Shown here: positions 35,311-45,848 of the stretch, piece by piece
How positions within the stretch are numbered: position 1 is the stretch's first letter
Layout: every line of letters starts with the position of its first letter
Origin: an uncultured Chloroflexia bacterium
GTDB taxonomy: Bacteria > Chloroflexota > Anaerolineae > Anaerolineales > UBA4823
NCBI GenBank assembly: GCA_963788305.1
Contig: CAWBGK010000020.1
Span: 81,390-145,389 of the forward strand
Reading direction: 5' to 3'
DNA length: 64,000 bases
The notes under the pieces: model-generated
Told to the model about the DNA's origin: nothing
The model's database searches: none
What the model saw: only the letters and a program-made list of their open reading frames with translations
Position numbers and translations under genes: made by a program

Positions 35311-36329
35311 CGTACTCCATCGCTGGCAAATTCTGCTGGCTGCCGCTTTGCTTGGCTGTTTTGTGGGCTGGGGATTGTCCTGGATCTGGCCTGCCCATTA
35401 TCGGGCATCCAGCCAGATTTACATTGCCCTGAACCCTTACCGAAAATTTTCGGACTCGGTCTTCGAAGCGCTCGCGAACCCGAAATACTCCAACCTGGAC
35501 AACTACCACTACTGGCAAATGTCTCAGCTCGAGTCAGCGATCACCATGGACGGCTTTCTGGAGCCTGTACTCGACCGCCTGAGGGAAATCGATCCCTATT
35601 GGGAGAACGTCGACATCGACGCGCTCCGCAGCATCCTGAAATCCGAATGGAGGACCAGTGGGACCTGGAGTTTGATCGCCAACCACCCGGATTCGGCTCA
35701 CGCCAGTCAGGCCGCCCGAGTCTGGAGTGATGTTGTGGTCGAACAGGTGGGCATAGTCCGTCGCTGCGGCGATCCGAATGATTTTTATCGATGAGCAGCT
35801 CCAGGCCGGAGAGGACGAGATGCTGAGTTCATCGATGCGGCTGCAGGACCTGATCGAGGTTCGCAGCTCCCTTGATGAATGGCAGCGCCAATCTGAAAAA
35901 GGTGACCCAACCATCCCTCTCGACGCCAACCAGCGGGCGAGCCTTTCCGCCCTCGTTGCATTCCCGGCGGAGTTCACACCCGCCTGGATGAATGCCCTCG
36001 AAGGCATGCCTCCGGCCGAGGCGCCTCTGCGAGAATACCAGGACTGGATCGGCCAGATCCAGCGGGTGGTCCAATTGGAGATCAATTCCTTGAACAGGCG
36101 CCTGCGCCAGCTTGACGCGGACCAGATCGAGCTTGCCCAATCCTATTCGATCGAGTCGAAAGCCAGCCGCGGCTTTTCTCCAAATATCATCATCGATCGA
36201 AAAGAAGACCTCGAGGCGCGCCAGATCCGCCCGACCTCGGTTTTTGTGCTGGTCGGCGGGATCGTCGGGCTGTTAATCGGGCTCTTAATACAATTGATTA
36301 TGATATTGCCACCATGGAAACGCAATTGA
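35273..36329 (+). CDS. Wzz-like protein, copy 2 (indel near 35770)
   Basis: Paralog of 32734 (WQM..L, DPYW, WR..G.W.L.A..PD). Confidence 0.7.
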
Positions 36330-37792
36330 GCTCGCCCAGAAAAAAACCTTACCTTTCGACGATCACCAGGATCGCCTGGGCATTGTTCTTCCTGACCTTG
36401 CCGGTGACAAGCTTTCCTTACTTTCCGGCCGGGATGGGCGGTCGGACTTTGGTGCGGCCGCTTGCTGTTTATCCGATGGTTGTGCTCCTCGTTCTGGTCG
36501 TCATCCCGTGTTTATTCAAAAAACCGCTCCCGAGGACCTTCCTGCCGCTGCTTGCGTTCATCCTGGTCGCGCTGATCAGCTCCGTGTTCGCGTTCACCTC
36601 GGACATGGAGGCGTTTCGAGGCGTCACCCCAGTTTCCAGGCTGGTGCGCAACCTGGCCACGCTCGGAATCGGCGTCTCTTTTTACTTTACGACAACCCTT
36701 CTCCACGAGAAATGGGATGATCTTCACTTTTCACTTCGCTGGCTGTACGCCGGTTTCGCCGCCGCGCTGCTCTGGGGCACCTTTCAAATCCCGAATATCA
36801 TCTTGGGATGGCCAAAATATTACCGGATGGTCAATTCCCTGCAGAAATATATCTCCATCCGCAGGCTCTTTGAAACGCGCATCTCAGGGATGACCTTCGA
36901 GCCCAAGTGGTTTGCCGAGCAGATCTGCTTCCTGCTCTTACCGTGGCTGATCGCCTCCGTGTTGACGCGACGCACCGTCTTCTCCTGGCGCTGGCGCAGC
37001 GTCACGATCGAATGGTTGCTGCTCGTCTGGTCGGTTGCCGTCCTGCCGTTCACATTCTCGCGCACCGGCCTGTTCCTGCTCGTGCTGTTGGTTGTAATCG
37101 GCTATTTCCTCTTTCCTTACCAGTTTCACCAGAAACCCGCCCGCCCAAAGAAGCCGCTCCGCAGGAGGATATTCGAGACTGGCTCCATCGTCTTGATTGT
37201 GATCACGGCGCTGGCGATCTTCGGCTCGCAGAATGCCTATTTCTCCCGGCTGTGGCGTTATTGGACCGAGGCGAAGACCCGCAACAAATCCTATCTCGAG
37301 TTCATCTCCGTCGCTCAACGCTTCGTCTACTGGCAAACGGCCCTGAATATTGCTTCCGAGGATCCCTGGCTGGGCGTCGGTTTGGGGAATTATGCTTTTT
37401 ACTTTGATGAGAACCTCCCCAATCGTCCCTGGAACCAGCAGGTTGAAATCGTCCGTCAGATCACTCCCGGCGAAGATCGCGACCGGCTGATCACACCCAA
37501 AAACCTGGTTGCCCGCCTGATCGCTGAAACCGGTGTCATCGGGCTTGTCGCTTTTTTTACCTACATCCTTTCAATCGTTGGATGCGCCGTCTTCCTGTGG
37601 TTCTCACCGTCATCGGAACAGCGCTTTTGGGGGTTGGCGGCTTTTCTTGCCTTGATCGTTTTTTTGTTCCTGGTTTTTTCTTTCAATTCCTTCGCGCTGC
37701 CCAACATGTGGGTCGTTTTTGGCCTGATCACAGCTGCAGCACACCTGCCGGAAGCCGGCAGCACGTTCGAACAGCTTGAGGTGCCGGTTTGA
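36314..37792 (+). CDS. O-antigen ligase family protein, copy 2
   Basis: Paralog of 33790 (TSFPYFP, RISGMTFEP.WFAEQI, GVGLGNYAFYF, RDRLIT.KN, PNMWV). Confidence 0.85.
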   Translation: METQLSSPRKKPYLSTITRIAWALFFLTLPVTSFPYFPAGMGGRTLVRPLAVYPMVVLLVLVVIPCLFKKPLPRTFLPLLAFILVALISSVFAFTSDMEAFRGVTPVSRLVRNLATLGIGVSFYFTTTLLHEKWDDLHFSLRWLYAGFAAALLWGTFQIPNIILGWPKYYRMVNSLQKYISIRRLFETRISGMTFEPKWFAEQICFLLLPWLIASVLTRRTVFSWRWRSVTIEWLLLVWSVAVLPFTFSRTGLFLLVLLVVIGYFLFPYQFHQKPARPKKPLRRRIFETGSIVLIVITALAIFGSQNAYFSRLWRYWTEAKTRNKSYLEFISVAQRFVYWQTALNIASEDPWLGVGLGNYAFYFDENLPNRPWNQQVEIVRQITPGEDRDRLITPKNLVARLIAETGVIGLVAFFTYILSIVGCAVFLWFSPSSEQRFWGLAAFLALIVFLFLVFSFNSFALPNMWVVFGLITAAAHLPEAGSTFEQLEVPV

Positions 37793-40532
37793 CCTCGCAC
37801 GATCTGACGCGCCGAAACACCATCTTATCTCTATGGCGGATATTTTTCGGCCTGATCGCCCTTCAGGGCTTGGGTGTTTTAGTTTCATACCTGCAAACGA
37901 GGTCCGAGACCGGTTTATTCCTTGGTTTTTCCAGGATGCGGCTGGCGATCGTCGCTGGCGTGCTGCTCCTGACCGCAGCAGCCGCCTGGCTGTTTGTGGG
38001 GAGCTTACTCTTTCCCGTTCGCTTCCACCAGAGGGCAGTTGGCTGGGCAGATTGGCTCAGCCGCCCGGTTCGCTGGGGTTACCTGACCCTGCTCAGCGGG
38101 ATCCTGCTCTTTATCTCCAGCTACCTGCTCACGCTTTACCCGGATATCACTGAACCCTTCACGCGCGGTTTTATCGAGCGCTTGGTCCCGATCATCGCCT
38201 GGTTGACGGGCGCCTGCGCACTATTTCCTAATCCTGATGATCTACCTGGGACGTGCCAGGGGGGTCCCGGTGCCAGGCCCTATTCCTCGCAGCTTCTGGT
38301 TGTTCCTCGCCTACTTCTGCGCAGCCTTGCTGGCATGGTTTTGGGTCAGCCAGACGGTTCTCCCGATCGCTTCATCCCGGGTGGGCTGGAACCAGCTGGG
38401 CGTGCCGGTTCTGGAGTCTCAGCTGGTTCTGGCCTGGGGCGTTGGGATCCTCGCCCTGCTTCTGGTCGACCGGCTGAGCGCGGCGGGAAGAACCAACGGC
38501 CGGCTGTTCGATCTGGTGGCAGTCGTCTTGCTCTGGTCTTGCGCCGCAGTGTTCTGGCAGAGCACGCCGATCTCTCCAAATTGGTTCGTATCCGAGAAAA
38601 TCCCTCCCAATTTCGCTCAATATCCTTATTCTGATGCGCGCGTTTATGACGTGGCGGCTCAGTCCGCCTTGATTGGAGAGGGGTTCAAATTCTTTAATGG
38701 TATTGATGTCCGCCGCCCGCTTCATGCGGCATACCTGACCATCCTGCACCTTGCCGCCGGCCAGGAGTACGACCGTGTGATCTTTCTGCAGGTGCTCATC
38801 CTCGCGCTGCTTCCGGTTTTCGTCTATTTAACGGTCAAATCCCTGCACAACCGGGCTTCCGGGTTCGTCGCAGCAGCCTTCATCATATTCAGGGAGGCGA
38901 ACTCGATCTCGATCGCAGGCACGATCACGGCCTCGCATGTAAAGCTGATCATGGTAGACCTCCCGACGGCTCTGATCGTGATGATCTTCTTCTATCTTTC
39001 GATTCGCTGGCTCAAACAGGTCGAACAGCGCAGCTTTCCAGCTCTGGTCGCCGGAGGAACTCTCGGCCTGGCGATGCTGATCCGCCTGGAAACCGCAGTC
39101 CTCGCCTTTTCGCCAGTGCTGATTGCCAGCCTGGCGCTCCTGCCGAAAAAGCGATTTGCCTGGTGGGTTAAACATCTGGCTCTTTTTTCGTTGGGCGCCG
39201 CGCTGGTCATCTCTCCCTGGATCGGGCGCAACTGGCAGCGCACCGGGCAGCTTTTTGTCGATTCGCCGATGTTCCGCTATCTGCTCCTGGTTCAACGGTT
39301 TCAGCCGATCGCCACATCCGCCTCGCCTCCACCTGCCAGCCCATCTGCACCCGGACAAGAAGGTGCGGTTCCAACCACTCCGCCTGCAGCGTCCATCCTC
39401 CCAACGCAGGTTCCTGGGGGACTCGAAGCGGCTGGCAAGAATTTAGTAAACGAATCGCTTAAGAAACCCGGCGAGCTGGCTGGATTGTTCGCAGCCCATT
39501 ACCTGAACAACCAGATTCAGATGCTGCTGATCTACCCTGACGCGTACCGTTTCTTTGACAACTTGATCGGTTTGTTCGGACACCGCGACCTGCTGAAATA
39601 TTCCGAGTCCTCCTCGCTGACCGACCTCATCCGCAGGCTGCCTTTCTGGAGAAAATGGGACGGCAGTTTCCCATCCCAATCGATCCTGCCGGTGCTGTTT
39701 TCGGTGTCGATGCTCGCAGCCGGGCTTTCGGCCGCCTGGAGAAAGCAGCGTCTGGTCGGCCTGATGCCGGCCTTGGCTCTCGTGTTCTTTATCGGTTTCT
39801 ACGCCCTGCTGCGCAACTCCGGGGGTCGGTACATCCTCCCGGTGGACTGGATCAGCATCCTGTATTTCAGCATCGGTTTGATCGCGTTTTCCATGGCTGC
39901 AATCGAGCTCGCCGGGCGGTACCGGCCGCGCGAAGACTTTCAAGCGCAGCTTCCTTCAGCGGACACCGTTTCCAGTCCGGAGCGCTTGCTCAAAGCTCCA
40001 AAATTCTATCTTTCCGTGGTGTTCTTTCTGCTCCTCGGAGTCTCGATCCCGCTGGTTGAGCGGTCCTTCCCGCTTCGTTATCCCCCGGAGCGCGAAGCCA
40101 AAATGCTGGAAGCCCTGCTCGGATCAGAAACCATCCCGCTGAACATCCGCCGCGATTTCGAGGAATTCCTGGTTCAAGGCGGTACCGCCATGGCTGGACG
40201 CGCCCTTTATCCCCTGTTTTACCCGTCCGGCTACGGTTCTCCGGACCCGGACGAAGGACCGCTGATGACCAAAGACTACCCCCGCCTGGTGTTCAACCTG
40301 ACCGGTGAGTTTTCGCTGGATATGGCTTTGCCGATGCGAAAACAGCCCGTTGAATTTTAAAAATGCCTCGGATGCGCTGGCTCTCTTTTGCCTGACATCA
40401 AATCCTCTGCGCGCCGATCCGCTCGCTCTGGCGCTATTTGATCAATCCGGCAGCCTGGATGGAATCTTTCTCCGCTCGCCTCTCCCTGAAAATTCATCCT
40501 GCCCGCTGCCCCCGTATTCCCCCAAACAATAA
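37789..40532 (+). CDS. Large GT-C-like polytopic membrane protein, split by indels
   Basis: PYSDA..YD, RPLH, LIRLE, PWIGRN, RYILP motifs; Pro/Ser/Thr linker; indels near 38230 and 40355. Confidence 0.65.
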
Positions 40533-40547
40533 CAGGTGTGTTTTCTT

Positions 40548-42566
40548 ATGAATAATTCCCGGTCTCGCATGATCGTATTCATCTTCTTAGGGATTTTCGT
40601 TATATGCTGTCTGTCTGCGAGCGGGATCGCCGCAGTTTCCATGCTCCTGGACACCGATGGAAGCTCCTCAGCGCCAGAGCTTGAGGTGATAACCGGGCCA
40701 GGATCGTCCGGGCCGGAGCCCACAGCCCCGGAGCTTATGGTTTCGACTGAAGTGGTCACCGAAACCCTCGCTGCGCTGGAGAGTGAAGACGTCCCGATCT
40801 ATGACCCGATCGTGGTGGCAGAGCAGCTCGAAAACAAGCAGAGTCTGCCCCGCAGCCTGGAGTTCCCCGTCCAGATTTATCAAGCCGGGGATACGGAGAC
40901 ATTCTGGGTCATCAATTCTGAGACAAATATCAACTTCCAGGTGCCGGCCGTGCTGCGGTATGTGAGCGATCACGTATATTTTTGGATCGAAGAAGGCGCT
41001 GATTTCGACGAAAAAGAGGTTCGGGCGCTGGTGGACAATTTTGAAGAAAAAACCTACCCTACCAACCGCGAGTTTTTTGGAAGCGAATGGACCCCCGGAG
41101 TCGACGCAGACCCCCACCTCTTCATCCTTTACGCCGGCGGCCTGGGAGGCTCGGTCGCGGGCTATTTTTCTTCCGCCGATGAATATCTCCCTGTCGTTCA
41201 GGAATATGCGAACGGCCACGAGATGTTCTTGATGAGCACAGAGCACGTCGACCTGGATGAGCAGTATGCTTACAGCGTCCTGGCACACGAATTCCAGCAC
41301 ATGATCCATTGGTACCGCGACCGAAACGAAGAAACCTGGATCGATGAGGGATCGGCAGAGCTGGCCGCCTTCCTGAATGGATATTCGATTGGCGGGCATG
41401 ATCGGTCTTTTGCCTCGAATCCTGACATCCAGCTCACAGACTGGCCGAACGACTCTGGCAGCAGGTCGCCCAACTACGGAGCATCGTTCCTCTTCATGGC
41501 CTATTTCCTCGACCGGTTCGGCGAAGATGCAACCAAAGCTCTCGTCTCTGATCCATCCAATGGGATGGTCAGCATCGACAACGTCCTGGCACAGCTCGGT
41601 GTGGTTGACCCGCTCAGCTCAGCTGTGGTCACCGCCGACGATGTCTTTATGGACTGGTTGATTGCCAACATCCTCCAGGATTCAGACGTAGCCGACGGCC
41701 GTTATGACTACCAGAATTACCCGGGAGCTCCAGACTTCGACCCGACAGAAACCATCACAGATTGCCCGGTCAGCCCGGGCACGCGTACGGTTCACCAGTA
41801 TGGAGTCAACTACATCGAAATCCGCTGTAAAGGCGAGCATCTGATCCAGTTCACCGGATCCACTCAGGTGCCTGTGCTCCCGGTCGATCCTCATTCCGGC
41901 AGCTACGCCTTCTATTCAAATCGCGGCAACGAATCAAACATGACCCTGACGCGCGAGTTCGATTTTACCAACCTGTCTGGACCGATTACGATGCAGTACT
42001 GGACCTGGTACGACCTGGAAAAAGACTACGACTATCTTTATCTGACTGCTTCATTGGACGGCGAAGACTGGCAAATCCAGATTACCCCCTCAGGCACCGC
42101 GGAAGACCCTTCGGGGAACAGCTATGGTTGGGGATACAACGGGGTGAGCTCTGGTGGTGCTGGTTGGATCCAGGAGGAAGTGGATCTGTCCGAGTTCGCA
42201 GGAAAGAAAGTCAAGCTGCGCTTCGAATACATCACGGACGCAGCTGTCAACGGCGAAGGCTTTCTCGTCGATGATATAGCAGTCCCGCAGATCGACTACT
42301 TCACAGATTTTGAGACAGACGATGGGGGTTGGAGCGCGGAAGGTTTCGCGCGAATTCAAAACACCCTGCCGCAGACCTTTCGTCTGGCTGTGATCAGCCG
42401 CGGCCACGAAACAACCGTCCAGATGGTCCCGGTTGCCCCTGGGGAAATGGTTGAATTCCCGATTTCAACAGGCGGAGAAATTCAGGATGTCGTACTGGTC
42501 GTAACAGGGACCAGCCGCTTCACCCGCCAGAGTGCGGTTTATTCTTTGTCGGTTCAACCAAAATAG
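40548..42566 (+). CDS. Membrane-anchored zinc metalloprotease with immune-inhibitor-A-like C-terminal domain
   Basis: N-terminal TM, LAHEFQHMIH, WIDEG, YDLEKDYDY, LRFEYITD. Confidence 0.85.
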   Translation: MNNSRSRMIVFIFLGIFVICCLSASGIAAVSMLLDTDGSSSAPELEVITGPGSSGPEPTAPELMVSTEVVTETLAALESEDVPIYDPIVVAEQLENKQSLPRSLEFPVQIYQAGDTETFWVINSETNINFQVPAVLRYVSDHVYFWIEEGADFDEKEVRALVDNFEEKTYPTNREFFGSEWTPGVDADPHLFILYAGGLGGSVAGYFSSADEYLPVVQEYANGHEMFLMSTEHVDLDEQYAYSVLAHEFQHMIHWYRDRNEETWIDEGSAELAAFLNGYSIGGHDRSFASNPDIQLTDWPNDSGSRSPNYGASFLFMAYFLDRFGEDATKALVSDPSNGMVSIDNVLAQLGVVDPLSSAVVTADDVFMDWLIANILQDSDVADGRYDYQNYPGAPDFDPTETITDCPVSPGTRTVHQYGVNYIEIRCKGEHLIQFTGSTQVPVLPVDPHSGSYAFYSNRGNESNMTLTREFDFTNLSGPITMQYWTWYDLEKDYDYLYLTASLDGEDWQIQITPSGTAEDPSGNSYGWGYNGVSSGGAGWIQEEVDLSEFAGKKVKLRFEYITDAAVNGEGFLVDDIAVPQIDYFTDFETDDGGWSAEGFARIQNTLPQTFRLAVISRGHETTVQMVPVAPGEMVEFPISTGGEIQDVVLVVTGTSRFTRQSAVYSLSVQPK

Positions 42567-42693
42567 CCGCCCGTGGAAGGCGGTCTATATTGATCCATAG
42601 TTTGTCATCCTGTTGATTTACTCAAAAAGCAATTATTCCTCGCACTTAAAACACCGTGCGAGGAACAGCGCTGTTGGCTCGGTCAGGTCGTGA

Positions 42694-42924
42694 TCAGGCA
42701 GCCGGCGGGGTAGATGTCCGAGGAGCTCGCAGCTCGCTGAGCTGCTTTTCCAGTTCTATCCGGCGGTCGCTCGCAGCTTTTTCCACTTCAGTTCGAACAC
42801 GCTCGGCTTCAGACTGGATTTTCCCGCGCAGCTCCTCTCCGGAGGAGGGAGCCAACATTAAAGCTGTTGCCGCGCCGATCAATCCACCCAGGATCAAACC
42901 TGCAAAGAATTTTTCAATATTCAT
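42694..42924 (-). CDS. YtxH domain protein
   Basis: GLILGGLIGAATALMLAPSSGEELR. Confidence 0.9.
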   Translation of the reverse strand: MNIEKFFAGLILGGLIGAATALMLAPSSGEELRGKIQSEAERVRTEVEKAASDRRIELEKQLSELRAPRTSTPPAA

Positions 42925-43029
42925 AGCCTCTGGCCTCCTTCTCTTTTAAGAATTATAACAGAAAGGAAATAAATTTCTTCAGGGTCAATCCTGAGAGACC
43001 GCCTCCTGATTCGACTGTATAATTGGGTT

Positions 43030-43761
43030 ATGATCGTCCTTTCTGTTGGCATGCCCCGCGCAGGTTCCGGCTGGTACTACAACCTGACGAACGATTTGAT
43101 GCTTGCGAGCGGCGCAGAAGACGCCCACCTGATCCGCAAGCGTTTCCGCCTCCAGGGGATTCTCACCGAAGTGAACTGCAACATCGGCGCTCTGACGCCC
43201 CGCCGTCTGCTTGCGGTAAGTTTACCGGCGTTGATGGGCAACACATTCGTGATAAAAGCCCACGCCCCCCCCACACCGTTTGCGCTGCGGTTGATTCGAG
43301 TTGGGACGATCCGGCCGTCCTATATCTACCGCGATCCGCGCGATGCGATGCTCTCGGTGATGGAAAACGGCCGCCGGGCCATCGAAAAAGGCCGCGAAAA
43401 TGCCTTCTCACCTTACGCCGATTTTGATGCCGCTCTAAATTTTATGGCTGAATATCTGCAGGTCTGGGAGGCGTGGATGGCCTGCAGCCAGGCTCTGCTC
43501 GTCCGCTACGAAGATTTTCTGTTAAATTACAACGATGAAGCCGGGCGGCTGGTGGATTTCCTGGACCTGGACATCCAGAAGCCGGAAATCCGATCGATCC
43601 TGACGCGCTACCAACCAGAAGGGGCTAAGCCCGACCAGAAAGGATTGCATTTCAGCCATGGAAAAATCGGGCGGTTCCGCCAGAAGATGAGCCCGGAACA
43701 ACAAGACGTGATGGCAGACCGCTTCTCCGGCTTTCTGGACAGGATGGGTTATGCGGTTTGA
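43030..43761 (+). CDS. Sulfotransferase family protein (possibly leaderless mRNA)
   Basis: GMPRAGS 5'-PSB, YRDPRD..S 3'-PB, RYED, GKIGRF; TATAAT at 43018-43023, 6 nt before ATG. Confidence 0.85.
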   Translation: MIVLSVGMPRAGSGWYYNLTNDLMLASGAEDAHLIRKRFRLQGILTEVNCNIGALTPRRLLAVSLPALMGNTFVIKAHAPPTPFALRLIRVGTIRPSYIYRDPRDAMLSVMENGRRAIEKGRENAFSPYADFDAALNFMAEYLQVWEAWMACSQALLVRYEDFLLNYNDEAGRLVDFLDLDIQKPEIRSILTRYQPEGAKPDQKGLHFSHGKIGRFRQKMSPEQQDVMADRFSGFLDRMGYAV

Positions 43762-45626
43762 ATCGAGTAGGGGGCGGGGACAAGCCGCCCCCTCTCACAC
43801 CACCGGACATGCGGGTCCGCATCCGGCGGTTCATCAAGCAAAGCGCAGTTCTTGATACCGAGTTTTGATACTCTTCAGCCCTGAGTTACTCCAATAGGTG
43901 TTACTCAGGGCTTCGTTTACCACAGGTGACTTGGACATATGCCAAGGGCTTTTGCCTACAGCTCCTAGTGCTGCCCGTTCTCTGGGCACTCCCAGCTTGG
44001 TCAATTCACGGTAGCGGGTTGTATCCCGCTTCCAACGTTTCCAGATCATCTGCCTCAGCCTGCGACGGAGCCACTTGTCCAGGTTTTCATAAACGCTCGG
44101 CGTATTCGCCAGCCGGTAGTATCCGATCCAGCCCATCGTGTACTGATTGATCGCCTCGATCACGTCTTCCAGCTTGCCTGACCGGGTACGCTTGGTCAGG
44201 CGGCGGAGCTTCTCGCAAAACCGCTCCCGGCTGCGATTGGCTACTCGGATGAGCACTTCCCCATTGCGTTTGAAGAAACTGAACCCCAGAAAATTCACCC
44301 GGTTCGCTCTGTCCACCTTGCTCTTCTTTAGGTTAACCTTCAGCTTGAGCTTCTGTTCCAGATACGCCTTCACGCTCTCCATTACTCGTTCGCCTGCCCG
44401 CCGCGTCTTTACATAGATGTTGCAGTCATCAGCGTAGCGTACGAACTTGTGCCCCCGCTTCTCCAGTTCTTTGTCCAGGTCATCCAGCATGATATTTGAC
44501 AGTAGCGGCGAAAGCGGCCCACCTTGCGGTGTCCCTTCTACAGTGTCGATCACTACACCTTCGACCAGCACCCCACTATTCAAGTAGGCCCGGATCAGCT
44601 TCAGCACCCGTTTGTCTTTCACCACGCGGGCCACTCTAGCCATCAGCATATCGTGGTTCACCAGGTCGAAAAATTTCTCCAGGTCAATATCCACTACCCA
44701 TTCGTATCCGGTTTGCACATACTCCTGGGCTTGCTTCACGGCTTCATGCGCACTGCGCCCGGGTCGAAACCCGTAGCTGTGGTTCGAGAACAACGGCTCA
44801 AACAGAGGCGTGAGTGCCTGTGCGATCGCTTGTTGGAGAAAACGATCCATTACACTCGGTATCCCTAACAACCTCGCCCCACCATCCGGTTTGGGTATCT
44901 CTACCCGCCGCACAGGCTTCGGCTGATAGGTTTGCTCGTCAAGCGTTTTCCTGATCTCCAACCAGTATTCTTTCAGGTACGGTCGCAGTTCTTCCACCCG
45001 CATCCCGTCGATGCCCGGTGCTCCCTCGTTCCGCTCGACCCGCTCTAAGGCTCTGACGACATTCTGGTTTGCCCAGATCTGTCCCCACAGCTCCGCACTC
45101 GACTTTCCTTCTTCTCGTGCCGGGGACGGCTCGGCCCTCTGGTCAGCCAAAGGAAGCTTCACTTCCCGCCTCTGCCCAGCAGTACCCTTATCCAGAGCAT
45201 TCTGCCTTTCCTGCTCGTCCCGCGAACTGCTCAAAGTACTCGTCCTCCTTGATGTTCGGCCCTTCCCTCCTCGACGGAGTTGGTACTATGGCCTCAGCTG
45301 ACTTCTGCCGCCTCAACCTGACCTCGCAGCCAGGGTTACTACTCATGTAGCTTGTCGGCAGACCTCCCCAGGTAAGAACGCTGACTGTCTCTGCGCCCTT
45401 GCCGTATTTACTGCTTTGGCTCTTGGTCGCATCGGGCTTCGTTGTCTCATGCCAACTCGCCCAGCCTCGTAGCCTCATACGGTTCGTATGCCTCAAGTCG
45501 CAGGTTTGCCTCCGGCTTCCTCCAGACCTCGCCTCGCGGCGACACCTTTGCCTTTGGCTAGCGGTTGGTGCGACCAACCTCCGCAAGGGTCTTTCACCCT
45601 CTAGTCAGCGCCCATGCTGGGCGCAC
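43762..45626 (-). mobile_element. Group IIC intron, full length (1865 nt)
   Basis: 5' GTGCG at 45626; domain V GAACCGCCGGATGCGGACCCGCATGTCCGGTGGTG with CGC triad; domain VI ending CTACTCGAT at 43762; inserted 6 nt after a stem-loop. Confidence 0.95.
43834..45234 (-). CDS. ltrA: Group II intron reverse transcriptase/maturase without endonuclease domain
   Basis: PGIDG, GTPQGGPLSP, RYADD, maturase X domain; AAGGAGG RBS before TTG; intact ORF. Confidence 0.96.
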   Translation of the reverse strand: MSSSRDEQERQNALDKGTAGQRREVKLPLADQRAEPSPAREEGKSSAELWGQIWANQNVVRALERVERNEGAPGIDGMRVEELRPYLKEYWLEIRKTLDEQTYQPKPVRRVEIPKPDGGARLLGIPSVMDRFLQQAIAQALTPLFEPLFSNHSYGFRPGRSAHEAVKQAQEYVQTGYEWVVDIDLEKFFDLVNHDMLMARVARVVKDKRVLKLIRAYLNSGVLVEGVVIDTVEGTPQGGPLSPLLSNIMLDDLDKELEKRGHKFVRYADDCNIYVKTRRAGERVMESVKAYLEQKLKLKVNLKKSKVDRANRVNFLGFSFFKRNGEVLIRVANRSRERFCEKLRRLTKRTRSGKLEDVIEAINQYTMGWIGYYRLANTPSVYENLDKWLRRRLRQMIWKRWKRDTTRYRELTKLGVPRERAALGAVGKSPWHMSKSPVVNEALSNTYWSNSGLKSIKTRYQELRFA

Positions 45627-45632
45627 ATAACA

Positions 45633-45660
45633 GGGGCGATCGCTGAAAATCCGTCGCCCC
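45633..45660. terminator. Stem-loop forming the intron 5'-exon target
   Basis: GGGGCGAT...GTCGCCCC hairpin next to the intron 5' end. Confidence 0.7.
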
Positions 45661-45727
45661 CGTTGAGTATCCATTTCCCACCCGGCAGCAGCCTGAGGTC
45701 TCAATCCAACAATCCATCTGGTCAGAC

Positions 45728-45756
45728 TTGTCATTTCAAGCCAATCAGGGCATAAT
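45728..45756 (+). promoter_or_regulatory. Sigma70 promoter of pan operon
   Basis: TTGTCA-N17-CATAAT. Confidence 0.75.
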
Positions 45757-45761
45757 AGACC

Positions 45762-45848
45762 TGCTGCCCGGATCACATCCGACCGGGACAGTGAATGCCT
45801 TTTAACTGCTCCAACAGTTCAGGCCTCTACCTTTTACAGGAGGGTACC
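45762..45848 (+). promoter_or_regulatory. Structured panB leader, probable pan RNA motif
   Basis: CTG-CCCGG...CCGGG-A-CAG bulged hairpin after the predicted TSS; a second hairpin overlaps the GGAGGG RBS; pan motif is known upstream of panB in Chloroflexota. Confidence 0.55.

Noticed and set aside
39310-39420. Pro/Ser/Thr-rich stretch as a repeat element
   Set aside because: Low-complexity protein linker without DNA periodicity.
43834-45234. RT as retron, DGR or defence RT
   Set aside because: It has a maturase domain and lies within clear group II intron boundaries with domains V and VI.
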